From: Salinispira sp.
Lineage (GTDB): Bacteria; Spirochaetota; Spirochaetia; DSM-27196; Salinispiraceae
Direction: 5' to 3'
Assembly (NCBI GenBank): GCA_965602015.1
Contig: OZ271918.1
Span: 768,001-832,000 of the forward strand
Length of the DNA: 64,000 bases
In this document: positions 21,479 through 32,149 of the stretch, piece by piece
How the letters are laid out: each line of letters opens with the position of its first letter
How positions within the stretch are numbered: the first letter of the stretch is position 1
Position numbers and translations under genes: made by a program
The notes under the pieces: generated by a model
What the model saw: only the letters and a program-made list of their open reading frames with translations
Databases searched by the model: none
What the model was told of the DNA's origin: nothing

Positions 21479-23679
21479 AGCTGGAAACGAATAAAAAGCT
21501 CGATGTCGAGGAAATCCTCAAGGACCTTGAAAGCTATCACCCTCGACGCCGCGGCTGGACATGGAGGAAGGGTATCGGCGAAAAGCGGGGTATCGGTCCG
21601 TTCGAGTACTATCAGACCAGTGAAAACCTGAACAACAATGTGCCCCTCCCTGCCGCCCATTATTTCGGAGATATCGACCCCCAGCCCGTGAGCACCATTA
21701 CCACGGAAATCGCTTCAGGGCGATTCGAGGACGACATACGCCGGATGAGAATGGCCGCCTGGCACGGAGCGGACCACCTGATGGTTATCCGCACCGCAGG
21801 CCAGAGTCATATGGACGGGCTTCTGGAGGGAACTCCCCAGGGTATAGGCGGCGTGGCGATTACCCGAAAGCAGCTGCGGGCACAGCGGAAGGCCCTTGAT
21901 GCCATTGAGGACGAGGTCGGGCGGCCCATTAACTACCACTCCTATGTCAGCGGAGTGGCCGGACCGGAGATGGCGGTACTATTCGCCGAAGAAGGGGTGA
22001 ACGGAGCCCACCAGGACCCCCAGTACAACGTCTTGTACCGCAATGTGAACATGGTCCGCTCTTTCGTGGATGCGGCTGCGGCAAAAAAAGTTATGGCCTG
22101 GGCGGGAATTGCCCAAATCGACGGCGCCCATAACGCCAACGCCACAGCCCGCCAGGCCTGGAAGGTTATGCCCGAGCTGATGGTCCAGCATGCCCTGAAC
22201 TCCATGTTTTCCGTAAAGTCCGGCATGCCAAAGGAAGACATCTGCCTTTCAAGCGTTCCTCCCAGCGCGCCTCCGGCTCCGGCCATGCGGCTCGATCTGC
22301 CCTATGCCGTGGCACTGAGGGAATTATTCCGGGATTACAAAATCCGGGCCCAGCAGAACACCAAATACATGACCAGTTCCGCCCGGGAGGCCACGGTGAC
22401 CCACACCCTGAACCTTCTGATAAGTCAGTTTACCCGGGCTGAAATCCAGTCGACCATCACCCCCGATGAGGGACGGAATGTCCCCTGGCATATTTATAAT
22501 ATAGAGGGAACAGATACCGCCAAGCAGGCTTTTAGCGGGATGGACGGTCTCATGGAGATGGTTCAGCTCCGCAGGGACGAAGGCGAGCTCGCCGATTCGG
22601 TCCGGGAGCTCAAGGAGCGGGCCGTTCTGTACATGGAGGAAATGCTCGAGCTCGGAGGGTATTTCAAGGCGGTTGAGGCCGGGATGTTCGTCGATTCGGG
22701 CAAGTACCCCGAGCGAAACGGCGATCCCATCGTCCGAAAAGTCGACGACGGCATCGGCGCCGGCACAGTGTACCCCAGAGATGAGGAGTACATGGCCCCT
22801 GTTACCGCGCACTTCGGATACAACAATCTCAAGCCCTTCGGCCCCGAAGCCGTAAAAAATCCATCCAGCCTGATCGGCGGTTCAACCTTCGAAAATCCGG
22901 ATAAAATTGTCTTCATCGATGAGCTCGACGAGAGCGACAACGTCAACCTCCGCATGGCGGAAACCGCTGAGCTCCGGGGCGGAACCAAAATCAAGCCTGA
23001 AATGGAGTGGCAGGGTGACGGAACGGTGCTTGTGACCGTCTTCCTGCCCACAGACGAGCGCACCGCCAAGGTCGCGGCTCTTGAAGTGGGTAAGGCAATG
23101 AACCTGAGCGAGTGTGAGGTTATTCACAGCGAGGTCATGCACCCCTCGGAGGGGACCCGCATCGAGTTAAAGGGCAGGCTGGATGTAATAATCGATACGG
23201 CTTCCCTTGAAATCCCCCCGGAGCCCGACATCATGACCGCCGAAGAAGTGGCAGCCGAAGTAAAGGTCCGGCCCCTCACAATAGTTGCGGGAACCGTGGG
23301 CGAGGACGAGCATTCGGTGGGCCTGAGGGAAATAATCGACATCAAGCACGGCGGAATCGAGGGGTACGGAATACAGTGTCTCTACCTGGGGACTTCCGTA
23401 CCCCTGGAAAAACTGGTTGATGCGGCCATCGAGGCAGATGCCGAGGCAATTCTGATGTCCACCATTATCAGTCATGATGAAATTCACTATAAAAATATGA
23501 AGCGGGTCCACGAGCTGTGCATTGAGAAAGGGGTGCGCGACCGCCTTCTGATTCTTGCCGGCGGAACCCAGGTAACTCCAGACCTGGCGGTAAAACAGGG
23601 AGTCGATGCGGGCTTCGGACGGGGTACCAAGGGCATCCACGTGGCCACCTTCCTGGTAAAAAACCGCAAGGGCAGGTAA
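21475..23679 (+). CDS. oraE: D-ornithine 4,5-aminomutase beta subunit (PLP and adenosylcobalamin dependent)
   Basis: RMAAWHGADH, GAHQDPQYN, ITPDEGRNVP. B12-binding DEHSVG and the PLP lysine in IIDIKHGG. Confidence 0.95.
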   Translation: MKLETNKKLDVEEILKDLESYHPRRRGWTWRKGIGEKRGIGPFEYYQTSENLNNNVPLPAAHYFGDIDPQPVSTITTEIASGRFEDDIRRMRMAAWHGADHLMVIRTAGQSHMDGLLEGTPQGIGGVAITRKQLRAQRKALDAIEDEVGRPINYHSYVSGVAGPEMAVLFAEEGVNGAHQDPQYNVLYRNVNMVRSFVDAAAAKKVMAWAGIAQIDGAHNANATARQAWKVMPELMVQHALNSMFSVKSGMPKEDICLSSVPPSAPPAPAMRLDLPYAVALRELFRDYKIRAQQNTKYMTSSAREATVTHTLNLLISQFTRAEIQSTITPDEGRNVPWHIYNIEGTDTAKQAFSGMDGLMEMVQLRRDEGELADSVRELKERAVLYMEEMLELGGYFKAVEAGMFVDSGKYPERNGDPIVRKVDDGIGAGTVYPRDEEYMAPVTAHFGYNNLKPFGPEAVKNPSSLIGGSTFENPDKIVFIDELDESDNVNLRMAETAELRGGTKIKPEMEWQGDGTVLVTVFLPTDERTAKVAALEVGKAMNLSECEVIHSEVMHPSEGTRIELKGRLDVIIDTASLEIPPEPDIMTAEEVAAEVKVRPLTIVAGTVGEDEHSVGLREIIDIKHGGIEGYGIQCLYLGTSVPLEKLVDAAIEADAEAILMSTIISHDEIHYKNMKRVHELCIEKGVRDRLLILAGGTQVTPDLAVKQGVDAGFGRGTKGIHVATFLVKNRKGR

Positions 23680-25205
23680 TGAGCGCCGGAGGAGTATTAA
23701 CCGTCGACCTGCTGTCGGCGGAAATCGGCAGCACGACGACGGTGGTCAGCGCCTTCGACGGACTGGGCCTGGAATCCGGATCCTCGGTTTTTCGGGGCTC
23801 GGGCGAGAAAGCCCATGCCTCCGCAGCGCCAGATGCGCCGCACAGGAGCAAAAGCGCCGGAGTTCCCCGGTTTCTCGGTCAGGGTTCAGCGCCGACCAGC
23901 GTGTATCCCCCCCAAGCCGACGTCCGCCTTGGTCTGGAGGCGGCGATCAGCGATCTCGCCGCCCGCCTGGGATATGACAGACTGGAGTGGCGAAGATTCT
24001 CCGCCAGCAGTTCGGCGGCCGGCGGCCTGCGGATGAGCGTGCACGGCCTGGTGTATGACATGACGGTTAAGGCCGCCCGGGAGGCCGCCCTGGGGGCCGG
24101 GGCGAACATCATTCATGTCACCGCCGGCCGTCTGCGCCGTCTGGACATCAAAAAAACCATCGAGCACAAGCCGAATATAATCATGATAGCCGGCGGTCTG
24201 GACTACGGTGAGCGGGACACGGCCCTGGACAACGCCGAGCTTATTTCAGCCGCCCTGTCTTCTGCGGGGCTCCCGATTCCGGTGATCTACGCCGGAAATA
24301 TTGAAAACCACGATGAAATCCGGGAGATCTTCTCGGGTCATGCAAGCAGGCTCTATATCTGCGAGAACGTATACCCCCGCATCGACGAGCTGAACATCGA
24401 GCCGGCCCGCCGGATCATCCAGGACGTGTTTGAGCAGCACATCGTGCATGCCCCGGGCATGGAGCATATTCGCGAGCTGGTAAACGGCCATATTATGCCG
24501 GTTCCCGGAGCGGTTATGGCAAGCGCCAGGCTTTTGCGGGAATCGATCGGCGATGTAGTGGTTTTCGACGTCGGGGGCGCCACCACGGACATACACTCGG
24601 TGTGCTCCGATTCGCCGGAGATCGAGCGCATACTAATCGCTCCGGAGCCCCTGGCCAAGCGAAGCGTCGAGGGCGACTTGGGGGTGTATGTAAACCGAAT
24701 TAGCATTGTGGAGACAGCGGGTTGCGACGCGATAGCCGCATTTTTATCACGGGAAGCTATCCAAACACCCGGTTTGCATCCCGGCAGCCAGGAACTTGAG
24801 GACGAAATCCGACGGCTGCCGCCCATCCCCGTATCGGCCAGGGAGAAAGCCCTTGTCCGGGCCCTGACATTTCACGCCTGCCGCATCGCCCTGCAGCGCC
24901 ATGCGGGATGCCTGCGGGAACTGTACAGCATTTCCGGAAAGGAAACCCTTGCGGAGGGCAAAGATCTGAGCGCCGTGCAATACCTATTGGCTACCGGAGG
25001 CGCTCTCACCCGTCTCCCCGATGCCCCGGCAATACTCAGGGCGGTCCTGGCGGCACGAAGGGGCGCTGAACTCTACCCCCTGCCGAACACTCCCATTTTG
25101 CTGGACAATGATTATATTATGGCTACCATGGGAGTTCTTGCCGGCGAATACCCCCGGGAAGCCCTGTGGCTGCTAAAAAAAAGTCTGGGAATACATAATG
25201 AATAA
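23679..25205 (+). CDS. GlmL/MutL-type reactivating factor for ornithine aminomutase
   Basis: ASKHA motifs AEIGSTTT, SSSAAGGL, DVGGATTDIHS, KRSVEGDLG. Usual position in ora operons. Confidence 0.88.
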   Translation: MSAGGVLTVDLLSAEIGSTTTVVSAFDGLGLESGSSVFRGSGEKAHASAAPDAPHRSKSAGVPRFLGQGSAPTSVYPPQADVRLGLEAAISDLAARLGYDRLEWRRFSASSSAAGGLRMSVHGLVYDMTVKAAREAALGAGANIIHVTAGRLRRLDIKKTIEHKPNIIMIAGGLDYGERDTALDNAELISAALSSAGLPIPVIYAGNIENHDEIREIFSGHASRLYICENVYPRIDELNIEPARRIIQDVFEQHIVHAPGMEHIRELVNGHIMPVPGAVMASARLLRESIGDVVVFDVGGATTDIHSVCSDSPEIERILIAPEPLAKRSVEGDLGVYVNRISIVETAGCDAIAAFLSREAIQTPGLHPGSQELEDEIRRLPPIPVSAREKALVRALTFHACRIALQRHAGCLRELYSISGKETLAEGKDLSAVQYLLATGGALTRLPDAPAILRAVLAARRGAELYPLPNTPILLDNDYIMATMGVLAGEYPREALWLLKKSLGIHNE

Positions 25206-27123
25206 GAATCCACAACTGCACGATACATCGGGGCCCCTTGTAGAGGTCGATATTGAAGCCATAGAAAACAACGCCCGAATTATCTGCGGACTCTGCGCGG
25301 ACAACGGCATAGAGGTCACGGCGGTGACCAAGGTTACCTGCGGCATGCCCCAGGTCGCCAAAGCCCTGCTCAGATCGGGAGTACGTCAGCTCGGCGAAAG
25401 CCGGCTTGAAAATATCTACCGCCTGCGTTCCGGGGGCATCAGCGCGTCGGTCATGCTTCTGCGAATTCCCCCGATTTCCGCTGCCGAAGAAATCGTGCGC
25501 AGCGTTGACATCAGTCTCAACTCCGAGCTGCCGGTCATTGAACGGCTGTCGGAAGTCGCCCTGTCCATGGGCACGGTGCACCAGATTATTCTCATGGTTG
25601 ACCTGGGCGATCTCAGGGAAGGAATCTGGCCCGAGGACCTCATGGGCACAGTAGCCAGGGTGATTGAGCTAGAGGGTGTAAAAATCCGAGGACTGGGCAC
25701 AAACCTGACTTGCTATGGCGGAGTAATCCCCACAGAAGAAAATCTCGGCCGCCTGGTGAACTATGCGGAGACTATTGAAGACCGCTTCGGATTCGCTCTG
25801 GATGTCATATCAGGGGGGAATTCATCCACCCTCGATTTGCTTGCTGCCGGCAAGGTGCCCCGCCGGGTCAACAATCTGCGAATAGGCGAGGCCATTCTAT
25901 TAGGGCGGGAGACCGTAGAACGGCGGCCGTGGCCGGGTACCAGCCAGAAAGCATTTGTGCTCAGCGCCGAGCTCATAGAAAAGAAGGTCAAACCCTCGGT
26001 GCCCATCGGCGAGACCGGTCAGGACGCCTTCGGCGGCAAGCCGGTGTTCGAGGACCGGGGAGACCGCCTCCGGGGAATATTAAACATCGGACGGGAAGAT
26101 GTAGACGTTGATGGGCTTGAGCCCGTCGATTCCGGAGTACGGGTAATGGGCGCATCCAGCGATCACCTGCTTGTAGACCTCAGCGATGGGGAAAAACAAC
26201 CCGAGCTGGGCGATCGTGTGAAATTCATACCCAATTACTCCGCCTTGCTCGCATGCATGACCAGCGAATACGTCGGCAAGCGGGTAAGGCTTCCCGAGGG
26301 ACGGGATCAAACCACAGCTTCCACGGTGGCCCTGGCCGGCGAGCTCTTCCGCAAGAAAAAATACGGAAAGGAACTGGATATGTGGCTCGACCGCCTGGGC
26401 TATGTCAGGAAACAGCTCGGCGACCAGGCAGCTGCGGCTGAAATTGCCGGACATATCCGTCCCGGATCAATTCCGGTTCTCGGCGGCAGGAAATACAGCG
26501 TCCGGGGACTTGAGGCTGCAGGCCAAAGCATGAGTCAGTTCGGGCTCCTGTGGGTGGACTCGACCATCGCCGCGGAGGAATTGCGGCGGGTCCTGGGTCC
26601 GAGGGCCTTGATGGATAATGGCCCGGACAACCAGGCGGTTCGCGGCAAAACCGGCTCCGCTGAGCCTCACCACCATGCATCCTCGCTGGCCCTGGAGAAC
26701 ATCGTCCTGCTCGGAGTCCGGGAAATCGAAGAAGGCGCAGCCCGGCTCATCAGGCGTTTGGGCATCAGGGTGTACACCATGGAAGAGGTTTCCCTGCTGC
26801 CAATGAGGGAGATAGTCCGTCGATCCATCGCCCGCTGCAGCAGGGGAACCGAGGGAATCTATCTTAAATTTTCAGGCAGGGTGGCGGATAACGGTAATGA
26901 CGGTCTTACCAACCGGGAGACCCATCTCATTATGGAGCTTATCGCCGCAAGCGGAGCCCTGAGGGTGTTCGAGATGGATGATGACGATATCGGCGGTCTG
27001 GAGTCCTCGTATGTTCGCAGCAGCAGACAGGCCAGCGCGAACATGCCCCGCTTTTTGTTGTCCGCCCTCGGCAAGCGAATACTCGGCGCACCATCACCGA
27101 GCTCACCAGAGGCCTCCGGGTAG
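25198..27123 (+). CDS. orr: Ornithine racemase fused to a degenerate arginase/ureohydrolase-like domain
   Basis: AVTKV (PLP Lys), DLGDLREG, GTNLTCYGG, ISGGNSS, SSDHL. C-terminal ENIVLLGVRE..GIRVYTMEEV..GLTNRE. Confidence 0.85.
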   Translation: MNKNPQLHDTSGPLVEVDIEAIENNARIICGLCADNGIEVTAVTKVTCGMPQVAKALLRSGVRQLGESRLENIYRLRSGGISASVMLLRIPPISAAEEIVRSVDISLNSELPVIERLSEVALSMGTVHQIILMVDLGDLREGIWPEDLMGTVARVIELEGVKIRGLGTNLTCYGGVIPTEENLGRLVNYAETIEDRFGFALDVISGGNSSTLDLLAAGKVPRRVNNLRIGEAILLGRETVERRPWPGTSQKAFVLSAELIEKKVKPSVPIGETGQDAFGGKPVFEDRGDRLRGILNIGREDVDVDGLEPVDSGVRVMGASSDHLLVDLSDGEKQPELGDRVKFIPNYSALLACMTSEYVGKRVRLPEGRDQTTASTVALAGELFRKKKYGKELDMWLDRLGYVRKQLGDQAAAAEIAGHIRPGSIPVLGGRKYSVRGLEAAGQSMSQFGLLWVDSTIAAEELRRVLGPRALMDNGPDNQAVRGKTGSAEPHHHASSLALENIVLLGVREIEEGAARLIRRLGIRVYTMEEVSLLPMREIVRRSIARCSRGTEGIYLKFSGRVADNGNDGLTNRETHLIMELIAASGALRVFEMDDDDIGGLESSYVRSSRQASANMPRFLLSALGKRILGAPSPSSPEASG

Positions 27124-27167
27124 ATTGCCACAGTCCCCCTCATCATGCTAAAAATCCTCGTCTGAAA

Positions 27168-27211
27168 TGTTAGTATCGTGTTAGTATTCCGTTAGCATTC
27201 TGTTAGACACG
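27168..27211 (+). promoter_or_regulatory. Four 11-bp direct repeats, Pho-box-like
   Basis: TGTTAGTATCG / TGTTAGTATTC / CGTTAGCATTC / TGTTAGACACG at exact 11-bp spacing, about 40 bp upstream of a Na/Pi symporter. Confidence 0.65.
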
Positions 27212-27249
27212 CGTACCACAAACCTATCTGCATTTCACAGGAGTGACCG

Positions 27250-28959
27250 GTGAACATCATCTCTCAAATCTGGCAGGTTATCGGCCAGATCCTCCGAATC
27301 GTCGGCGGCCTCGGGGTCTTTATATTCGGCATGAAAGTTCTCAGCGACGGCCTGCAGAAAGCCGCCGGCAGCCGAATGCAGTCGATTTTGGACAAGATGA
27401 CCGAGAAACCCGTCTCGGCCATCGGCACGGGAATCGCAGTAACCAGCATGCTTCAAAGCTCTTCGGCGACCACGGTGATGGTAGTGTCGGTGGTAAACGC
27501 CGGTCTGTTGAGCCTGACCGGAGCCATCGGCGTCATCATGGGGGCAAATATCGGCACCACCTTAACGGCCTGGATTGTTTCAGCCCTCGGTTTTAAGGTG
27601 TCGGTAAGCGCGTTTGCCCTGCCGGTTATCGCAATGGGTCTGCCGATGCTTATCAACAGCCGCAGCAGGCACAAAGGCCTTGCAGAAGCCCTGGTCGGTT
27701 TTGGTATCCTGTTCATCGGCCTGGGATTCCTTAAGGAATACATGGCCACCGACGCCATGAAGGACTTCATCCAGACCGTTATCAGCAGCATTAATCTGGA
27801 TGCATACATCCTGCGTTTTCCGGTTTTTGTTCTCATCGGCACAATTCTGACCGTGCTGGTTCAATCATCCTCCGCTGCCATGACCATTACCTTGACCCTC
27901 ATCAGCATTGGGGCGCTCAACTTTGAACAGGGCGCGCTTATCGTGTTGGGAGAAAATATCGGGACGACAATCACCGCTTATTTGGCATCCCTTGGTGGAA
28001 ATATCCACGCCAAGCGCGCGTCCCGGGTGCATATTCTGTTCAACCTTTTTGGCGTCGCCTGGATGTTCGTGGCCTTTACGGGCTTCGCCTTGCTTGTTCG
28101 CCGGATAATTCCCGACGGCAGCGTTCTGTTCGGCAATGAAAACTATCTGCTGTTCCAGCTGGCGCTGTTCCACAGCCTGTTCAACATAACCAACACCTTC
28201 ATCCTCGCATGGTTTATCCCCCAGCTCGAATGGGCTGCGGGAAAAATGGTCAAGGATCAGCTCGGCCAGAGCGAGATATCCCTGCGCATGCTCTCCCAGG
28301 GATACCAGGAAATCAGCGAGGCGTATCTTTTCGAAGCGCAGAAGTACAGCGACAAGCTATTCGAGCGGGTGGGCAGCATGCTCGCAAATTTCAGAAATCT
28401 TCTGGAAAGCGGGCATATTCCCGCCGGAGAATTCTACGAAAATCAGCTGGCAATAGAAGCGGAAGTTGATGTTCTCGAAGGAGAACTCTCGGAATTTCTG
28501 TCAGAGCTTTCGGGAAAGGATCTTTCCCCTGCCCACCACAGCGAAGTGGGCATAATGACCCGCAGCGTAGGCGAGCTCGAGCGCATCGGCGATGAAATGC
28601 TCCGCATTTCCAAGGTCTGGAAGAAGATGGCAAAGCGGAATTTCGATCTGCCTCCGGAACAGGCAGCGGCTCTCAGGGAAATGGTACTCCAGCTCGAGGA
28701 AATGCACCGCCAAAGTGCGGCGGTTCTCCGGGAGAGGAAGGTTAGCCCGTCCCGGGCCACTGTCTCAGCCTTGCAGAAAAATCTCATAAAGAGCCACAAG
28801 GGTTCTTACAAAGGCCTGCGCACCCGCCTCGAAGCAGGGGGCAACGTTCGCCTTGAACTCATGCTCATGGATATTCTTAACGCCATCGGAGAGATCCGCG
28901 ACCTGTTTGTCGATATAGTAGAGTTTGATCAGGAAAGCCGCAGCACCGAGCCGGCGTGA
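27250..28959 (+). CDS. Na+/phosphate symporter (NptA/YjbB family) with PhoU-like C-terminus
   Basis: Two QSSSA repeats, GANIGTT/GENIGTT, C-terminal ELERIGD helical bundle. GTG start after AGGAG. Confidence 0.9.
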   Translation: MNIISQIWQVIGQILRIVGGLGVFIFGMKVLSDGLQKAAGSRMQSILDKMTEKPVSAIGTGIAVTSMLQSSSATTVMVVSVVNAGLLSLTGAIGVIMGANIGTTLTAWIVSALGFKVSVSAFALPVIAMGLPMLINSRSRHKGLAEALVGFGILFIGLGFLKEYMATDAMKDFIQTVISSINLDAYILRFPVFVLIGTILTVLVQSSSAAMTITLTLISIGALNFEQGALIVLGENIGTTITAYLASLGGNIHAKRASRVHILFNLFGVAWMFVAFTGFALLVRRIIPDGSVLFGNENYLLFQLALFHSLFNITNTFILAWFIPQLEWAAGKMVKDQLGQSEISLRMLSQGYQEISEAYLFEAQKYSDKLFERVGSMLANFRNLLESGHIPAGEFYENQLAIEAEVDVLEGELSEFLSELSGKDLSPAHHSEVGIMTRSVGELERIGDEMLRISKVWKKMAKRNFDLPPEQAAALREMVLQLEEMHRQSAAVLRERKVSPSRATVSALQKNLIKSHKGSYKGLRTRLEAGGNVRLELMLMDILNAIGEIRDLFVDIVEFDQESRSTEPA

Positions 28960-29184
28960 TGAGGAAATTCCTTGTTCTGTGAGACGCCGGGACAACAAGG
29001 CGGGTGGGTACCGGCGCAGATCACTGAACTCAATCAGTGATTTCCCGCATGTGGCAGCCGCTGCTGTTTTCTGGCCTCCTTTCCCCCGAGAAGCAACACG
29101 CTACGTCCATTTTTTTATGGATTTCTGTTTACGGTATCGCAGTCCGGTAAAAATGAGTTATGCTTAAGAAGCGGGCTGATTATA

Positions 29185-30999
29185 ATGCAATTTTCAAAAA
29201 CCAAAACCCTATTACTCGTTGAAGACGAGCCCATTATCGCGCTTTCTGAGAAAACTTCCCTCGTTACATACGGTTATGATGTGGTCATAGCCGCTAGCGG
29301 CGAGAAGGCAATTGATGCGGTGGATTCTAATCCGGAAATCTCCTTGATCCTCATGGATATCGATCTGGGAAAGGGCATGGACGGTACCGAGTCGGCGGCC
29401 ATCATCCTCAGTCGCCATGATATCCCGATTGTTTTCTTATCGAGCCACAGCGAGCGGGACATCGTTGAGAAAACGGAGCGGATTACATCCTATGGATATG
29501 TTGTCAAGAACTCATCAATAACGGTCCTTGACGCGTCAATCAAGATGGCCTTTAAGTTATTCGACGCATCAGTAAAAAAGCAGGAGAAAGAAGCTGCTCT
29601 GAGGAAGAACGAAGAGATGATGCGCAACTCCGAAACCTTGGCGCATATATGTTCATATTCAACTAATCTCGTTGAGACCGATATCGATAAAAGCGCATGG
29701 GTCTGCTCACCTAATTTCTACAACGTCTTTGGTATCGATGAATCGTATCCCCACACCATCGCCGGCTGGTCGGCCTTCCTGCACCCGGACTTTCGTGAGG
29801 ATACCTATTCATACCATGAGCAGGTGGTGCGGGAACGAACAACCTTCGATCGTGAGTACAAGATTATCCGCATCAACGATGGTGCGGAGCGCTGGGTGCA
29901 CGGTACCGGCAAGCTAGAATTCGATGAAGATGGAAAACCGATACGGATGCACGGCGCAATCCAGGACATTACCGAACGGAAAGAAGTGGAAGAACATCTT
30001 GTGCGGACAAAACGGCTGCTTTCCGAGTCCGAGCAGGTCGGGAAAGTCGGAGGATGGGAACTGAGCATAGATTCCAATGAATTGAGCTGGACCGATGAGA
30101 CCTATCGGATTCACGAGGTCGACCTTCAGTTTGATCTCTCTCCGGAAAAATCTGCGAGCTTCTATACGGAGAAATCGAGGCCACTCATCGAAAATGCGGT
30201 GAGGGAGGCAATCGAGTTTGAAAAACCTTTTGATTTGGAACTTGATATAATTACCGCCAAAGGTAATCTGCGCCATGTTCATGCAATCGGAAAACCTGAC
30301 CCTGATAATCGCAGAGTATTCGGATTTTTCCAGGATATTACCTACCGTAAATCAGTTGAAAAGGAAATCAAGCGTCAGTTATCGGAAAAAGAAACCTTGC
30401 TGAAAGAGGTTCATCACCGAATCAAGAATAACATAGCTTCGATTGAAGCATTGCTGGTAATGCAAGCCGAGGAGGTGGCGAACGCTGAGGCGGAAAAGTC
30501 GCTTAAGCTCGCGATCTCTCGCGTGCAGGGAGTGAGAGTTCTCTATGAAAAGTTGCTGGTGGATCAGCGCTATGAAGCAGTTTCAATCAGAAGTTATATC
30601 GATGAGCTGCTAAACTCATTAGTTAGCATATATCCCGAGCACACCGATATTTGTGTTGAAAAGAATATTACCGAGGTAAACCTAAGCTCCGGTAAGGCCG
30701 TTTTAATAGGAATTATTATTAATGAGCTGGTCACAAACATCCTCAAGCATGCGTTTAACGGCGTACCATCCAAACATGTACGAATCGATTTTAATCACGG
30801 ACATGAAGGTACTGTACTGATGATTCAAGATGACGGAGTGGGATACTCAGAGGAAGCCTCAAAAAACGATTCCTCAGGCTTCGGACTCACTATCGTCAAA
30901 ATGCTCGCCGAACAGCTGTCAGGCACCTTCAGCATTACAACCGACCGCGGAACGATATTTACGATAGTTTTTGATGATCTGATCGATGGCTCACAGTGA
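29185..30999 (+). CDS. Cytoplasmic REC-PAS-PAS histidine kinase (HisKA_2 type)
   Basis: LLVEDE/ILMDIDL receiver domain, PAC motifs QDITERK and QDITYRK, EVHHRIKNN, NELVTNILKHAF, DDGVG. Confidence 0.9.
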   Translation: MQFSKTKTLLLVEDEPIIALSEKTSLVTYGYDVVIAASGEKAIDAVDSNPEISLILMDIDLGKGMDGTESAAIILSRHDIPIVFLSSHSERDIVEKTERITSYGYVVKNSSITVLDASIKMAFKLFDASVKKQEKEAALRKNEEMMRNSETLAHICSYSTNLVETDIDKSAWVCSPNFYNVFGIDESYPHTIAGWSAFLHPDFREDTYSYHEQVVRERTTFDREYKIIRINDGAERWVHGTGKLEFDEDGKPIRMHGAIQDITERKEVEEHLVRTKRLLSESEQVGKVGGWELSIDSNELSWTDETYRIHEVDLQFDLSPEKSASFYTEKSRPLIENAVREAIEFEKPFDLELDIITAKGNLRHVHAIGKPDPDNRRVFGFFQDITYRKSVEKEIKRQLSEKETLLKEVHHRIKNNIASIEALLVMQAEEVANAEAEKSLKLAISRVQGVRVLYEKLLVDQRYEAVSIRSYIDELLNSLVSIYPEHTDICVEKNITEVNLSSGKAVLIGIIINELVTNILKHAFNGVPSKHVRIDFNHGHEGTVLMIQDDGVGYSEEASKNDSSGFGLTIVKMLAEQLSGTFSITTDRGTIFTIVFDDLIDGSQ

Positions 31000-31142
31000 A
31001 AGTAGATATAGTTTTTAACCCTCATAAAGCGGAAATCTCGGTCTTTGTTTGATTGACATCCCGGAGCCGGATCCATACTGCAAGGTGCAAACCGACCACG
31101 CCTTGGCCGCTCCGGCTGCCGATACCGGCAGCTCCGTGAAGT

Positions 31143-31922
31143 CTAAATCAGCGTAACCCCTGCTTTTTTCATAATTCTCTCAAACCGGTTGTCTAAGCAG
31201 ACTCCCAAATCAGTGGTGATAAACCGGCCATTATAGTAGAGGGAAAAGATAGTAGCTGGAGTGGGCGCATTTTGTGCCTGATTACGGCTCTCCAATTTGT
31301 GAATTGTAAGCGATAGTCCACGGTTTTTAGCTGTTTGGGGCAGGGTGTCAGTTATATAGTATTCTGTGAAGGGACAGCGGTTAGAAAAATATACCACTAA
31401 CCCATCCTTTTCGTCGCAACCGCCTGATTTAACCTGAGCTGGGAAGCGGGGAGGGCTATCATTCGTAACCAATTCTAAGGCCAAGAGGCTGAAGCCGTCG
31501 GGGCTACGGTCGGCTTCATAAAACCCCTGTTTCAAGAGAAATTTTCCGTCACTCATAAAATGAAACTTTTTGGTGCCCACCACGGCCACTAAGCCCTTTT
31601 TATTCTGCGCCTGAGCGGCCTCCTTGGCCAGATGTAATAATGCCTTTCCGTGGCCCTGTCCTTTATATTTGCCAGAAACCCAAAAACAGCCCAGCATGAG
31701 ATAATCGGGGGCAGATACCGGTATCCAGGACTCCTCGGCGGGGCCATATTCAATAAAAACTTTCGCCCGTTCGTTCAAGCGTTGAAAACGGAAACCGCGG
31801 TGGTATTGATCAATAAGCCAACGCTTTTTTAAGCCGTAACCCTCAGAGCATTTCTTGTCGCTGATGGCACAGCAAATGTGCTCGTTCATAACCGACTTCG
31901 GATCAAGAGTAAGATAGGTCAT
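31143..31922 (-). CDS. GNAT acetyltransferase with YoaP-like C-terminal domain
   Basis: EHICCAISDKK, CFWVSGKYKGQGHG, RCPFT, APTPATIFSLYYNG. ATG at 31922. Confidence 0.8.
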   Translation of the reverse strand: MTYLTLDPKSVMNEHICCAISDKKCSEGYGLKKRWLIDQYHRGFRFQRLNERAKVFIEYGPAEESWIPVSAPDYLMLGCFWVSGKYKGQGHGKALLHLAKEAAQAQNKKGLVAVVGTKKFHFMSDGKFLLKQGFYEADRSPDGFSLLALELVTNDSPPRFPAQVKSGGCDEKDGLVVYFSNRCPFTEYYITDTLPQTAKNRGLSLTIHKLESRNQAQNAPTPATIFSLYYNGRFITTDLGVCLDNRFERIMKKAGVTLI

Positions 31923-32149
31923 AACGGTTCTCCATGATTGATATGTGCATAAGCATACCCCAATCAAAAATAGCCGAATCTTCATCGAGCACTTGAGCTG
32001 CACTCAGAAGAATCGGCTTTGGCCTGAAGGGGGAACAAGTGGCGAATATCCCCAACTCTAAGGTGAATCCCTCTGCAAGACTTACCGACCCAAGGTCCTT
32101 GAGATTGATCGCTTTTTGCATGCTTACCTTCATTCCAATGGAGGTCGCA

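Noticed and set aside
23679..25205. DNA mismatch-repair MutL
   Set aside because: The motifs are those of the ASKHA-type GlmL/'MutL' mutase reactivase, not the GHKL ATPase.
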